Below are positions 32,349-41,804 of a stretch of DNA of 43,532 nucleotides, piece by piece; positions within the stretch are counted from its first letter, which is position 1, and each line of letters opens with the position of its first letter. The translations under genes were made by a program, and so were the position numbers. The notes under the pieces are model-generated. The model had not been told where the DNA came from and did no database searches. It saw only the letters and a list, made by a program, of their open reading frames with translations. This stretch comes from an uncultured Candidatus Peribacteria bacterium (GTDB taxonomy: Bacteria > Patescibacteriota > Gracilibacteria > UBA1369 > UBA12470): contig CAZRWH010000006.1 of NCBI GenBank assembly GCA_964603905.1, forward strand, positions 3,224 through 46,755. Direction: 5' to 3'.

Positions 32349-34196
32349 ATGAAAAAACTTACCTCTCTAGCGCTAGCCGCAGGACTAGCAGGATGCTGCC
32401 CAGATAACGACACAGCAGACAGCCTATTCGATTCACAAGATAGCCATATTGAAGATACAGACACTGGACAAACACACACAGGTGAAACAGGACACACCGG
32501 CGACACAGGAGATTCTGGAGAACCTTTGCCAGATCCAAAAGAATGTGAAATCAAACTTTACGACACAGAATCAGGAGAGCCAATAAGTTTTGAACTAACA
32601 CACGCAGAAGGAACATCAGATCCTCAATTAATCAGGTCAATGACTTCATTGTATGGAGATTTTGTTTTGTTAACTGCAGACATCGCAGGACATAACAAAG
32701 AAGGAAAACTTCCTTTTGTTCCTTTAAGAATGGCAGACCACGACATCCAAACAGCATGGGAAGAAGCTGGAAACGAACTAACCGCATCAATGACAATCGA
32801 AGCATCTTGGCCAAACGGAACAACCTGTACAGACACAATCGATGCACCTTTTAGAGAGTGGGAGCAACCTGTGAGAAACAATTTTGCAACAGGTAAATAC
32901 GCTGACCAAGAAAAACTGGCAGAAGTAAACACAGAACCTTTTGATAATAAATTCGGCCTTCTAGACTTCTGTCACGAAGATTACACACAAGACGATTACG
33001 CACACGACACTTTCCTTACAATCCCAGTTACAGGCGACCTTCTTGTTCAATACACAATGTCAAAAGACGACATGGAAGAGCTTGGAAGATCTGTAGGAAA
33101 CGCTCAATACAGCGGACCACTTGCAGCTTCCACAATACAAAACGGAAACATCATTATGATGAGTGAAGCGTGGGCAAGCCTACAACAAGCACAACTTTTT
33201 GAGTTCTCTCTAACAGGAGAAGTTCTAAATTCATACGACACAACTCCTTACGCAGACTCACTAGAAGAAGACTTGCAGGCTCACAATGGGATTATCAATA
33301 ATCCTTCAGAAGAACGCGCAGTAGACACAATCCTTTGGCAAAGAAGAGAAGCAGGAGATACAGAAGGATCCGACTTCAAAAGCACAATTGCAACACTGCA
33401 TCTTGCAGACGACCTATCAATTGAATCTTACGACGTATGGTTTAACCCAGGAACAGCATCAACACTTGATCTGACATACGGAAACGCATTAAGCGTTAGC
33501 AGCAAAGGCGTTGACGGTTCTGTTTTCAAAACAGCAACTTATCCTGCGCTATGGGGTCACAATCAAGAAGTTGATTACCTAGAAAAACCTTTTATTGTTG
33601 CCGGAAGCATAGACTCAGAATCTCCAGAGTACATTTTTGTAAGACAAGGATACTCGCATGTTGCATTGAGAAAAGACCTTACAAGCAATTACCCGGACAT
33701 GAGGGTTGTTGAAATTCCAGATGTAGAAGGGGTACCAGCTATGGATTTTCCACATGATGCAAACCTTACAAGACTTGATTCAGACATGCTAAAACTTTGG
33801 ATTCTAAGCCTTGGAGAAGGAGATGAAAACCACGCAAGAGTAAACTCTTTTTATATCAACACAGACGAAAACACTGTAGCTCCAGGATGTACTTTCGTTC
33901 CAGAACAAGACCCACGTTCACACAGCAACATCTTTGTTTTGCCAGGTGATTCACTTGTTGGAATGCACTCAGCTAGATACGGAAATATGGAATGGTTTGA
34001 TGCAGAAACTTGCGAACCAGTAATGCAACACCTAGTTGAAGGCCAAAAACCTAGAGGATTAGAAATAGCAAATCCAAGATGGAACCACCAAATCAAAGCA
34101 GGAAATCTAGTTGATGGCGACTATCTATCGTCCGTCACACTTGAACACGATTTCGAACAAGGAGCAGATCTATTCGGAGAAATAGAACAGGAGTAA
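32349..34196 (+). CDS. hypothetical lipoprotein (~615 aa), paralogue of 37767..39437
   Basis: MKKLTSLALAAGLAGCC has an LAGC lipobox. A Thr/Asp/Gly-rich linker follows. It shares ECxxxxY, TCTD and W(F/I)DxxTCExV landmarks with the 556-aa lipoprotein. Confidence 0.75.
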   Translation: MKKLTSLALAAGLAGCCPDNDTADSLFDSQDSHIEDTDTGQTHTGETGHTGDTGDSGEPLPDPKECEIKLYDTESGEPISFELTHAEGTSDPQLIRSMTSLYGDFVLLTADIAGHNKEGKLPFVPLRMADHDIQTAWEEAGNELTASMTIEASWPNGTTCTDTIDAPFREWEQPVRNNFATGKYADQEKLAEVNTEPFDNKFGLLDFCHEDYTQDDYAHDTFLTIPVTGDLLVQYTMSKDDMEELGRSVGNAQYSGPLAASTIQNGNIIMMSEAWASLQQAQLFEFSLTGEVLNSYDTTPYADSLEEDLQAHNGIINNPSEERAVDTILWQRREAGDTEGSDFKSTIATLHLADDLSIESYDVWFNPGTASTLDLTYGNALSVSSKGVDGSVFKTATYPALWGHNQEVDYLEKPFIVAGSIDSESPEYIFVRQGYSHVALRKDLTSNYPDMRVVEIPDVEGVPAMDFPHDANLTRLDSDMLKLWILSLGEGDENHARVNSFYINTDENTVAPGCTFVPEQDPRSHSNIFVLPGDSLVGMHSARYGNMEWFDAETCEPVMQHLVEGQKPRGLEIANPRWNHQIKAGNLVDGDYLSSVTLEHDFEQGADLFGEIEQE

Positions 34197-34240
34197 TCGA
34201 AATCAAATCCTGTTGAATCAATCAAGGTTTGAGGAGTATC

Positions 34241-34585
34241 ATGAAACCAATGGATATCAACGAACTAAAAGACTATTGCCTCGCAAAACTGCGCACCACA
34301 TGCGACTTTCCTTTCGATCATAAAACACTTGTTTTTCGCGTAGGAGAAAAAATGTTTGCACTAACAAACATCGAACAAGAACCTTGCAAAGTTAACCTAA
34401 AATGCGACCCCGTACTTGCAATGGGACTTAGGCAAAAGCACAAATCTATCGTCCCCGGATACCACATGAACAAAAAACATTGGAACACAGTCCAGATCGA
34501 AGATTCCGAGCTAAAAGACGACCTAATCAAACAAATGATTGACCACTCATACGAACTTGTAGCGGCTAAGTTACCGAAAAACTAA
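34241..34585 (+). CDS. MmcQ/YjbR family protein
   Basis: FPFD..TLVFRVGEKMFAL...VNLKCDP......R......PGYHMNKKHWNTV matches the YjbR-family pattern. The ATG at 34241 is preferred over the upstream TTG at 34229. Confidence 0.8.
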   Translation: MKPMDINELKDYCLAKLRTTCDFPFDHKTLVFRVGEKMFALTNIEQEPCKVNLKCDPVLAMGLRQKHKSIVPGYHMNKKHWNTVQIEDSELKDDLIKQMIDHSYELVAAKLPKN

Positions 34586-34596
34586 CCCCAATCATT

Positions 34597-34836
34597 ATGC
34601 GAATAGTCGAAACCAACAAACCAGAAAACCTGTACCCCCACAGACAAATATTCCGCCCAGACGGAAGCTCACTTTGCGAATGCGACGGAACAAAAGACGA
34701 AGTTGTAATGTGCGAACTCTCCAAAGCAAGAACCGACGGAGGACAACCACCAAACCAGACAGACCAAGAAACCCACAAAATAATCGAATGTTGTCATCAG
34801 GCAACAATGAGGATTTGGGAAGATAAAGACAAGTAA
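34597..34836 (+). CDS. possible small Cys-containing protein (79 aa)
   Basis: The ATG is 11 nt after the YjbR stop. The ORF ends 2 nt before the tRNA. No family was recognised and the region is stop-poor in several frames. Confidence 0.35.
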   Translation: MRIVETNKPENLYPHRQIFRPDGSSLCECDGTKDEVVMCELSKARTDGGQPPNQTDQETHKIIECCHQATMRIWEDKDK

Positions 34837-34838
34837 AA

Positions 34839-34913
34839 TGGAGCCATCACCGGGATTTGAACCCGGGACCCCTCCCTTACCATGGGAGTGCTCTACCACT
34901 GAGCTATGATGGC
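34839..34913 (-). tRNA. tRNA-Thr (anticodon GGU), CCA encoded
   Basis: Cloverleaf read by hand: GCCATCA-TA-GCTC-AGTGGTA-GAGC-A-CTCCC-ATGGTAA-GGGAG-GGGTC-CCGGG-TTCAAAT-CCCGG-TGATGGC-T-CCA. Confidence 0.92.
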
Positions 34914-34966
34914 TTATGCAGATACATACTACTTAGTCCGCCCTACTTATCAAGATTTTTTCCTTA

Positions 34967-35485
34967 TTAAATTCCTGAAAAATATTTTTCTCGAACAAAA
35001 TCTGCAAAATCCATAACCTCCTTCAAACAAGCCTTATGATCTTCAATAGAACAATTCATCAAAGATTCCAGCCCAAAAAACGACAAATTAAAGAAGTCAC
35101 CATAAAGCTCAGATAGCCCCAGCCGATAACGCACATCAACTTCTCGCTCTAGATAGAACTCTTCAAGCAATTTTTCAACCACATCATAACTCTCTTCCGC
35201 ACTCAAAAAATCAAAATCAGCAATTCGAGAATAAACACCACTACAAACCTGAATCATCGGCGGCGACACATCCCTAAACTCAGGATTCGCGTCATACCCA
35301 CGATGCCCCGGATTCCAGCCTTCACACGAAACATAAGTACACACACCAACCGAATTTAACATCACAACAGCATCAAAAACACCTAGATCCAAGTCCTCTG
35401 AATCTAGCATTTCCAAGTAATAACGTGTACATTGCTCCACTCGCTTCATATCAATCCCCAAATTCAGATCGTCAACTTTAAGCAT
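34967..35485 (-). CDS. hypothetical cytoplasmic protein (172 aa)
   Basis: ATG start 20 nt downstream of a consensus -10 box. Confidence 0.65.
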   Translation of the reverse strand: MLKVDDLNLGIDMKRVEQCTRYYLEMLDSEDLDLGVFDAVVMLNSVGVCTYVSCEGWNPGHRGYDANPEFRDVSPPMIQVCSGVYSRIADFDFLSAEESYDVVEKLLEEFYLEREVDVRYRLGLSELYGDFFNLSFFGLESLMNCSIEDHKACLKEVMDFADFVREKYFSGI

Positions 35486-35505
35486 ATAAATTTATAAAGG
35501 AACCG

Positions 35506-35535
35506 ATTATACTTTCAACAGACGCATCTTTTCAA
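35506..35535 (-). promoter_or_regulatory. sigma70-type promoter, TTGAAA-N18-TATAAT
   Basis: The reverse complement of 35506-35535 is TTGAAAagatgcgtctgttgaaagTATAAT. Confidence 0.6.
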
Positions 35536-35548
35536 CCCCTTCCAAATC

Positions 35549-36319
35549 ATGAAGAAAATTCTCATCCCAATACTAATCCTAGCCATCCTGGCCATACCAG
35601 CCACATACTTTGGCAAAAAAGTCATAAGAGACTATCAATACAGCGTCACGCATTCAACTTTAGAGCCAATCACCCTGGAAACAGAGCCTTCTGCAAATAA
35701 CAGTTTTCCTAAGGAAAACACCATAACTACAACCACCACTACTACTACCACTGAAGAAATCAATTTAAAAATTGATTTCTTCTCCCAGGCCCCATACGCC
35801 GACTGGTCAATGCCATACCAAGAAGCTTGTGAGGAAGCCAGCCTGATCCTCGCATACAATTTCGTCCAGGGGATCACGATGAACAAGGAGGAGTTCCACA
35901 TCGAACTTCTCAAGATGATAGATTGGGAGACCGCACATTTTGGCTCATACGAGCACACGACGGTTGATGAAACAGCTGAGATGCTTGATGATTTTTATGA
36001 TTTTCAAAACTACAAAATTCTCACAGATCCAAGCATCGACAACCTCAAAAACGAGCTAGCATCCGGAAATCCAATCGTTGCACCATTTGCAGGACGAGAG
36101 CTTGGGAACCCCAACTTTACAGGAGAAGGGCCGTACTACCACATGCTTGTAATCCGCGGATACGACGAAGAATATTTCATCACAAACGACGTTGGCACCC
36201 GCCTTGGCGAGAACTACCAATACACTCATGACGTACTAATGAACGCACTTCATGACTGGCACGATACCGATATTTCTACAGAAGGAGAGAAAAAAGTTTT
36301 AGTCCTCCTTGGATCCTAA
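35549..36319 (+). CDS. membrane-anchored C39-like (papain-fold) cysteine peptidase domain protein
   Basis: N-terminal TM helix and a T9 run. FFSQAPY...YQEACEEASLILAY is the candidate catalytic Cys. YHMLVIRGYDEEYFITNDVG holds the candidate His and Asn/Asp. Confidence 0.5.
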   Translation: MKKILIPILILAILAIPATYFGKKVIRDYQYSVTHSTLEPITLETEPSANNSFPKENTITTTTTTTTTEEINLKIDFFSQAPYADWSMPYQEACEEASLILAYNFVQGITMNKEEFHIELLKMIDWETAHFGSYEHTTVDETAEMLDDFYDFQNYKILTDPSIDNLKNELASGNPIVAPFAGRELGNPNFTGEGPYYHMLVIRGYDEEYFITNDVGTRLGENYQYTHDVLMNALHDWHDTDISTEGEKKVLVLLGS

Positions 36320-36613
36320 ACCATCAAGCCATTCTCGATGTCCCAACTCAAACTGGAAACGTTGAACAGTTCCCAGATTTTTGTCGAAGCTGTTCGCTCC
36401 AAGTTGCGCACCAACAGCCCCCATTTCTTGTTCAAGCAATGCAAACTGCTCAACCAATTTTTGAGTTGCCTCCGCTATTGCCTCTTTTCTCGAAAGCCCT
36501 CTGGAAACTCCCTCGTCAACCCATCTTTCATGCTGCTTCATAACCCTTCTAGCATCAAAAAACTCCCTCATCACCCTTTCTGATGGAGGCCCTTCAATTT
36601 GAACACGCACCAT
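36299..36613 (-). CDS. hypothetical protein (104 aa)
   Basis: ATG-initiated ORF with 21 nt of convergent overlap with 35549..36319. Confidence 0.45.
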   Translation of the reverse strand: MVRVQIEGPPSERVMREFFDARRVMKQHERWVDEGVSRGLSRKEAIAEATQKLVEQFALLEQEMGAVGAQLGANSFDKNLGTVQRFQFELGHREWLDGLGSKED

Positions 36614-36678
36614 AACAATTTTGATTAAAAATTATTGACCAAAGACTAGGAACCAATACTACCACACAAATATCTGTT

Positions 36679-36707
36679 TTGACTAATCGCAAACAAACAT
36701 ATAGAAT
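36679..36707 (+). promoter_or_regulatory. sigma70-type promoter, TTGACT-N17-TAGAAT
   Basis: TTGACTaatcgcaaacaaacataTAGAAT. The -10 box lies 27 nt from the ATG at 36735. Confidence 0.6.
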
Positions 36708-36734
36708 CCCCTCCTAACTTCTCAAACCAAAATC

Positions 36735-37757
36735 ATGCAAACTCCAAGATTCGACATACCTGAACAAGACAGAAGAAACGCACTCGCTGCAAGCACACAA
36801 TCCCTAAAAGCTTTTGCCGACCAAATGTTCCGCGACGGATACGAAGACGACGCAAGAGTCATAATCAACTGCCTAGATTTTGGCCCATTTGCCACAGATG
36901 ACCTAAAAAATTGGGTACTTTCAACCGACAACCCATACAGAAAAGCTGTTTTAGAACACATCGAACTGGAAGAAAGCCAACTTCCAGAAGCGTGGATGCT
37001 AAACAAATTCCCTTCTCTCAACGGAACCAAACTTTCAACACAACAAGAACAATTACTGCATATGGCTCAAGGAGCACTTTTAAACCTGCAATTCGTAGTC
37101 GAAGGACGACATGAATCTCCAATGACAGTCGACATGATTCCACGAATGGCGATGTCGCTAGAAGACTTCATAACCGATCTACGAGAAGACAAAAAAACAC
37201 AAGCCATCGCAGATGCTTTTGAAAAACAGTACGACGCAATTTATTCAGACCTCGTCCTCCTAGACGACATGAACATCCTAGGCCTAACCGAAAAACCTGA
37301 CCTGTTCACAGGTCCACTAGCACCAATCGACGAGAGATTACAAGAACTATACTGCCAATTCTTCGACTTCATAGCCGAACTAACCGAAGCAGGAAAAACA
37401 GCAACCGCAGAAGCCCTAAGCACAGCCGTCAAAGAAGACAAATTCGATGAGATCAAGACACTAACAATCAGTAACAAACTGCGTGAAGCAATCCGACGAT
37501 ACGAAAGACTGCAATACAAGGAAGGTGAACTCAAAATCTGGGAACAACAATTAAGAATACGTATCAGGCAAGGACTCGACTCACAACAAAGCAGATACCA
37601 CCGTCAACTTCTAGAAAGCATAGACAACGCAATAAGAAACAAGGATAAAGTAGAAGGATTAAAACAGCTCCAAAAAATCCACAAAGCAAACGGCGGTCAT
37701 CCATGGGAAGCCGACCTAGCAAAAGTAATCCGAGGGAATATCGGGTTAAAACCTTAA
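36735..37757 (+). CDS. hypothetical cytoplasmic helical protein (340 aa)
   Basis: ATG-initiated ORF. Its stop is 9 nt before the downstream lipoprotein gene. Confidence 0.7.
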   Translation: MQTPRFDIPEQDRRNALAASTQSLKAFADQMFRDGYEDDARVIINCLDFGPFATDDLKNWVLSTDNPYRKAVLEHIELEESQLPEAWMLNKFPSLNGTKLSTQQEQLLHMAQGALLNLQFVVEGRHESPMTVDMIPRMAMSLEDFITDLREDKKTQAIADAFEKQYDAIYSDLVLLDDMNILGLTEKPDLFTGPLAPIDERLQELYCQFFDFIAELTEAGKTATAEALSTAVKEDKFDEIKTLTISNKLREAIRRYERLQYKEGELKIWEQQLRIRIRQGLDSQQSRYHRQLLESIDNAIRNKDKVEGLKQLQKIHKANGGHPWEADLAKVIRGNIGLKP

Positions 37758-37766
37758 CCACTCGCA

Positions 37767-39437
37767 ATGAAAAACGTTAGCAAACTTGCTGCAATAGTAG
37801 CGGCATCTCAGATAACAGCCTGCACTCCAGACGACACAGGATTCATCATAGACACGACCACTCCCAACACTCAAGAGTGCTCAGTAGGAGTATATTCAGA
37901 CGGCGAAAAATTCCACTGGGAGTATACCGGCGACCCATCAAAAATAGTTGCCGAAATTTCTTTTTTTGAAGGTGGGCTGAAACACATACTGCGCCTTCCT
38001 TCCAAAAACACATACGGAACAATAACGCAATTTGAAGGCGGAGATGAAATCACATTAAAAGGACTAAACTCAGAGAACGAAACAATCTGCACCGACCCTC
38101 ATCAGCTAAATGACGACCTTTATCTATCAGGAGATTTACATGCAAACCTCAATGCATTAACAGATGAAGCATTATCATCTTTGGCCGGCACTGTTTCGAT
38201 TAGAATAACAAATGCAGTAAACGCCGACGAACAAACCATGCCACCGCGCCCTATCTACATCGAAGACCCTCTAACGGGAAAAGTCTTCAAAGAATTAGAT
38301 GCAAACACTTTCATAGAAAACGCATACGCAGTTACAACCGCTGACATTTACCAAGGGGAAATATACGTTTCAAGCGACCATTTTGCAGGACTAGAAAACA
38401 CAACCCTCGCACGAGCTAGCTTGGACAATCTAGAAGAAATCGAATCAACCGAATTAACAGACGAATATCAACACGGACTACAAAGAGAATTCTTCATACT
38501 GCCAGAATGGGCACAAGACGACCCAGCCACAACATCAATAGCAGGCCTAAGCTGGAATTCATATTCAAGCGAAGGATCTATGGTTTCGGAAGGAATCGGC
38601 GTAATTCTAGATGTAAGCAACGACGAACTAAGAGGTGTTGATACAACAACTTGGTTCGATTCAAGCCAAGTCTCCTCAGGATATGATTTGTTTGCGAATT
38701 CGATGGCGCTTTCTCCAAAACAACCAACCTCCACACAGTACATAGGAATGACACTCCCTATAAACGTCAATGACAATGGAGAAGAGGAAGAAGGCAATAA
38801 AGAAATTATCGCAATGGCAGAGGTTGGGAAAACCGAACCAATGGCAATCCTCATCGAAGCAGGACAAGTCGACAACGCACTACTATCAACATACCGAAAC
38901 GCATATCCAGACGTAAAAATAATCGAACTTCCAAACCCATCAGCAAACGGAACAAATCCACTGTTTTTTGTTCACAGTTTTCAAGCTTGGGACAAAGACA
39001 ACGGAAACCTAGGATTAGCAGTATTCAATCTATACCCAGACATGGAAAACAGAAGCACAATCGATATTTACGAAGTTACATACCCACTAGAAAACACCGG
39101 AAACATTGCAAGCTTCATCTGCGGACATAGCACCCAAGAAGCCAGCATAGGCCGTGGAAACATAGTAATGCCAACCCACGATTCAGAACTAATGAGCGTA
39201 ATGATCGGAGGATCAATCGGCGAAACATGCGAAAAACCTGTTTATTGGATCGACACTTCAACATGCGAACTAGTATCAAAAATCGAACCAAAAAATCCAG
39301 GATGCGAAGAAACAGCAACGACAGATCACTGGCGTGAAATGAGCCTTCTACAACACTTGTATCCAAAAACAGAAGTTGTATCCGCTACAAGCGAATATAA
39401 CATGGACATCCTATCCGTTTTGTTCAGAGAGCTTTAA
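37767..39437 (+). CDS. hypothetical lipoprotein (556 aa), paralogue of 32349..34196
   Basis: MKNVSKLAAIVAASQITAC has an ITAC lipobox. It shares ECSVGVY, ICTD and WIDTSTCELV landmarks with the 633-aa ORF. Confidence 0.75.
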   Translation: MKNVSKLAAIVAASQITACTPDDTGFIIDTTTPNTQECSVGVYSDGEKFHWEYTGDPSKIVAEISFFEGGLKHILRLPSKNTYGTITQFEGGDEITLKGLNSENETICTDPHQLNDDLYLSGDLHANLNALTDEALSSLAGTVSIRITNAVNADEQTMPPRPIYIEDPLTGKVFKELDANTFIENAYAVTTADIYQGEIYVSSDHFAGLENTTLARASLDNLEEIESTELTDEYQHGLQREFFILPEWAQDDPATTSIAGLSWNSYSSEGSMVSEGIGVILDVSNDELRGVDTTTWFDSSQVSSGYDLFANSMALSPKQPTSTQYIGMTLPINVNDNGEEEEGNKEIIAMAEVGKTEPMAILIEAGQVDNALLSTYRNAYPDVKIIELPNPSANGTNPLFFVHSFQAWDKDNGNLGLAVFNLYPDMENRSTIDIYEVTYPLENTGNIASFICGHSTQEASIGRGNIVMPTHDSELMSVMIGGSIGETCEKPVYWIDTSTCELVSKIEPKNPGCEETATTDHWREMSLLQHLYPKTEVVSATSEYNMDILSVLFREL

Positions 39438-39629
39438 ATCGTCCAACTCAACAAACTCAGAAAAGAACTTACCTTTTCCTGGCTCGTATGGAATACCATC
39501 AGGAAATATTTCATCCAAAGGTATTTCAAAAAATTCAGGCTCCAGCTCAGCAATACGCAAAGCCTCATCAACAGACAATCTATCTTCTTGTTCTCCTTCT
39601 CCACGAGAAAATTCTGGTGCTGGTTTCAT
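39411..39629 (-). CDS. small acidic hypothetical protein (72 aa)
   Basis: ATG-initiated ORF with 27 nt of convergent overlap with 37767..39437. Confidence 0.4.
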   Translation of the reverse strand: MKPAPEFSRGEGEQEDRLSVDEALRIAELEPEFFEIPLDEIFPDGIPYEPGKGKFFSEFVELDDLKLSEQNG

Positions 39630-39711
39630 GTTATTTTGATTTAAATTCAGGACGCAACCATACTATTTTTAGGCGCAAAGATAAAGGCTAAAACCGCAAC
39701 TACACACCAAT

Positions 39712-39774
39712 CACTAATCACTGTTCACTGTTCACTGTTCACTGTTCACTGTTCACTGTCCACTGTTCGCTATC
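39712..39774. repeat. heptamer array CACTAAT (CACTGTT)x5 CACTGTC CACTGTT CGCTATC
   Basis: Nine phase-locked units. The murJ stop codon (39753-39755) and last 6-7 codons lie inside the array. Confidence 0.92.
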
Positions 39775-41126
39775 CCGCGAAGCGAGATCACCAACATCCC
39801 AACCTGCACCAAAAGCCCCGTTCCAAAAGCAACCGGAATCGCATAAACTCCAATCTCTCCAGCCAAAACCGACGACACCAAAATCGTCAAAGCCAAAGTA
39901 AACACATGAATCATTGACGGACGCAGTGTGTTTTTCAACGCATAATGAGCCCTCGCAAGCAAATGCATCAAACTTTCAAGCGGCACAGAAACACAATAAA
40001 CAACCAACATCGAAGCGGTCAAAGCAACCGCCGCCTCGTCAAAAGCCCCGCCACCTAACAGAAGTGAAATTACAAATTTCGACACAATCGCCAACGCAAT
40101 CGCCGCTGCACTCGTCGCAAGAAAAATCCTCAGAGCCTTCTCTCTAACAACCCTCCGAAACTCCTTCAAATTATTGTTCGCCGCAAGATGCGAAAGCTTC
40201 GAAAAAGCCGCAAGAGCAATTGCAATTCCAATCAAACTAACCGGAACACTCTGAAAATTTCTCGAAAAACTATAAACCGTCACACTCCCCTCAGGAAGAT
40301 TTGAAGCAAGCCTCACAAACCAAATCAAAAGAATCTGCCACATCCCCAATTGAACCATTTTCGGAAGCATCAGCTTAAGCGTTTGCTTTAAATTTTCATC
40401 CACCTCAAAAGTAACCTTCGGCCTCAACCCATACCTCAAAGCCGGCACAAGCCGAACCAACATGTGCATACTCGCCCCGAGAAGAGTCCCACAAACAAGC
40501 CCCGCCAGCCCAAACCGCGGAACCAAAACAAGAACACCAAAAATTATCCCAATATTATAAAAAACCGGCGCCAACCCATACCACAAAAACCCCCGGATAC
40601 TTATCAAAACAGACCCAAAAGTATTACTAACCGTAAACAAAATCGGCGAAATCAACATAAGCCGCGTCAACAAAACATAAAGCTCCTTCTGCTCAGCCGA
40701 AAAACCAGGAACAAGAACATCAACAAGCCCAGGCAATGCAATCGCAAAGCCCAAGCCAACCACAACCAAAACAGCAATTCCATACGACAAAATCTGACTC
40801 ATATAAATGTTCGCTTTCTTGAGCGACTTCTCATCCAATTCGGTAAAAATCGGCACAAACGCCGCCAACAAAGCACCTGTCACAAAAACCGCCAAGAACA
40901 GATCAGGAAACGTAAACGACGCATTATAAACATCAAGTTCCGACCCAGCACCAAACTGATACGCAAAAATCTTATCCCTCGCCAAGCCAAACGCATAACT
41001 CAAACCCGACGTCAGCATCAACGCAAACGAAGTATGCAAAAGTAAATTCCGCACTCCCCCAGCCTCCTCACGCTTTTCACGAATTTTGAGTAAAAAATGT
41101 CTAATCATCGAAAAAGATATTACCAC
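39753..41126 (-). CDS. murJ: lipid II flippase MurJ (MviN family)
   Basis: Polytopic membrane protein. LARDKIFAYQFGAGSELDVYNASFTFPDLF matches the MurJ N-terminal signature. The start is uncertain: GTG at 41126 or ATG at 41108. Confidence 0.85.
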   Translation of the reverse strand: MVISFSMIRHFLLKIREKREEAGGVRNLLLHTSFALMLTSGLSYAFGLARDKIFAYQFGAGSELDVYNASFTFPDLFLAVFVTGALLAAFVPIFTELDEKSLKKANIYMSQILSYGIAVLVVVGLGFAIALPGLVDVLVPGFSAEQKELYVLLTRLMLISPILFTVSNTFGSVLISIRGFLWYGLAPVFYNIGIIFGVLVLVPRFGLAGLVCGTLLGASMHMLVRLVPALRYGLRPKVTFEVDENLKQTLKLMLPKMVQLGMWQILLIWFVRLASNLPEGSVTVYSFSRNFQSVPVSLIGIAIALAAFSKLSHLAANNNLKEFRRVVREKALRIFLATSAAAIALAIVSKFVISLLLGGGAFDEAAVALTASMLVVYCVSVPLESLMHLLARAHYALKNTLRPSMIHVFTLALTILVSSVLAGEIGVYAIPVAFGTGLLVQVGMLVISLRGIANSGQ

Positions 41127-41142
41127 AACTTATCCGCCCAGT

Positions 41143-41171
41143 TTGACCAGAAGAGCCTTTTCTGTTATAAT
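41143..41171 (+). promoter_or_regulatory. consensus sigma70 promoter, TTGACC-N17-TATAAT
   Basis: TTGACCagaagagccttttctgtTATAAT. The -10 box lies 26 nt from the ATG at 41198. Confidence 0.7.
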
Positions 41172-41197
41172 TACAGGATAAATTCTAAAAAAATCTA

Positions 41198-41791
41198 ATG
41201 AAAAACAAAAAATTAACAACACTCATAATTGCTACAGCAATATTAGCAAATGCAATTCTTCTAGGGCTAGCAAACGCTGAAGACACAACTTCTCAAGTTG
41301 AAATTATAGGAGGAAGCGTAACAATGGAAGTTCCTGCGTCTCTAAATTTCGACTCAATAAGCACAAGTGCTGCCGACCAAATAATAGCTGCAGACGGAAC
41401 AGAAAATTCATTCTTCATCGAAGACCTTACGTCAGATGGATCAACGTGGGACATTGATATTGCAATTGCAGGACCGTTCATAAACCATTCAACAGGGACT
41501 ACGATTCCTCTCGGAATCCTAAACTCAAGGGTTAGACTCGACTTCGACCGTGACGATATAAGCTGGTCAGACCTTGGAACATCTTCAGGTTGTGGCTCAG
41601 CAGGAATTACCCTACTAGGAACACTCGGAAGGGTTGGCCTTCACACCACTGCAAATGTAGATGCAATAGAAGCAGACTCAACACGACGAGCAGTAAAATG
41701 TGGCCTAACACCTAGCCTGGACATGAAAATTCCAGGAGGAACTGCTGCCGGAACATACCAATCAACTCTTGTGTTCACTCTCACAACTTAA
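41198..41791 (+). CDS. secreted WxL-domain-like beta-rich protein (197 aa)
   Basis: Signal peptide ...LANA/ED. SVTMEVPASLNFDSI, FFIEDLTSDGSTWDIDIAIAG and IPGGTAAGTYQSTLVFTLTT parallel the three conserved WxL-domain blocks, with W replaced by F. Confidence 0.5.
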   Translation: MKNKKLTTLIIATAILANAILLGLANAEDTTSQVEIIGGSVTMEVPASLNFDSISTSAADQIIAADGTENSFFIEDLTSDGSTWDIDIAIAGPFINHSTGTTIPLGILNSRVRLDFDRDDISWSDLGTSSGCGSAGITLLGTLGRVGLHTTANVDAIEADSTRRAVKCGLTPSLDMKIPGGTAAGTYQSTLVFTLTT

Positions 41792-41804
41792 ACATACCGA
41801 AGGC

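Noticed and set aside
34231-34236. GAGGAG upstream of the YjbR-family gene as evidence for Shine-Dalgarno usage.
   Set aside because: It is isolated. No other start codon inspected has a comparable purine motif, and the hexamer sits within the alternative TTG-initiated reading frame.
34839-34966. tRNA-Thr as an integration site of a mobile element or genomic island.
   Set aside because: There is no integrase, no duplicated tRNA 3' fragment and no flanking direct repeats within the window.
30579-36319. The ABC exporter plus the C39-like peptidase as a bacteriocin or double-glycine peptide export system.
   Set aside because: The peptidase domain is not fused to the transporter. It lies 3 kb away on the other strand and has its own TM anchor. 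No leader-peptide-like small genes with GG motifs were seen.
39712-39774. Whether the heptamer tandem arrays could be CRISPR arrays.
   Set aside because: The units are 7 nt long and directly abutting, with no spacers. No cas genes are present in the window.
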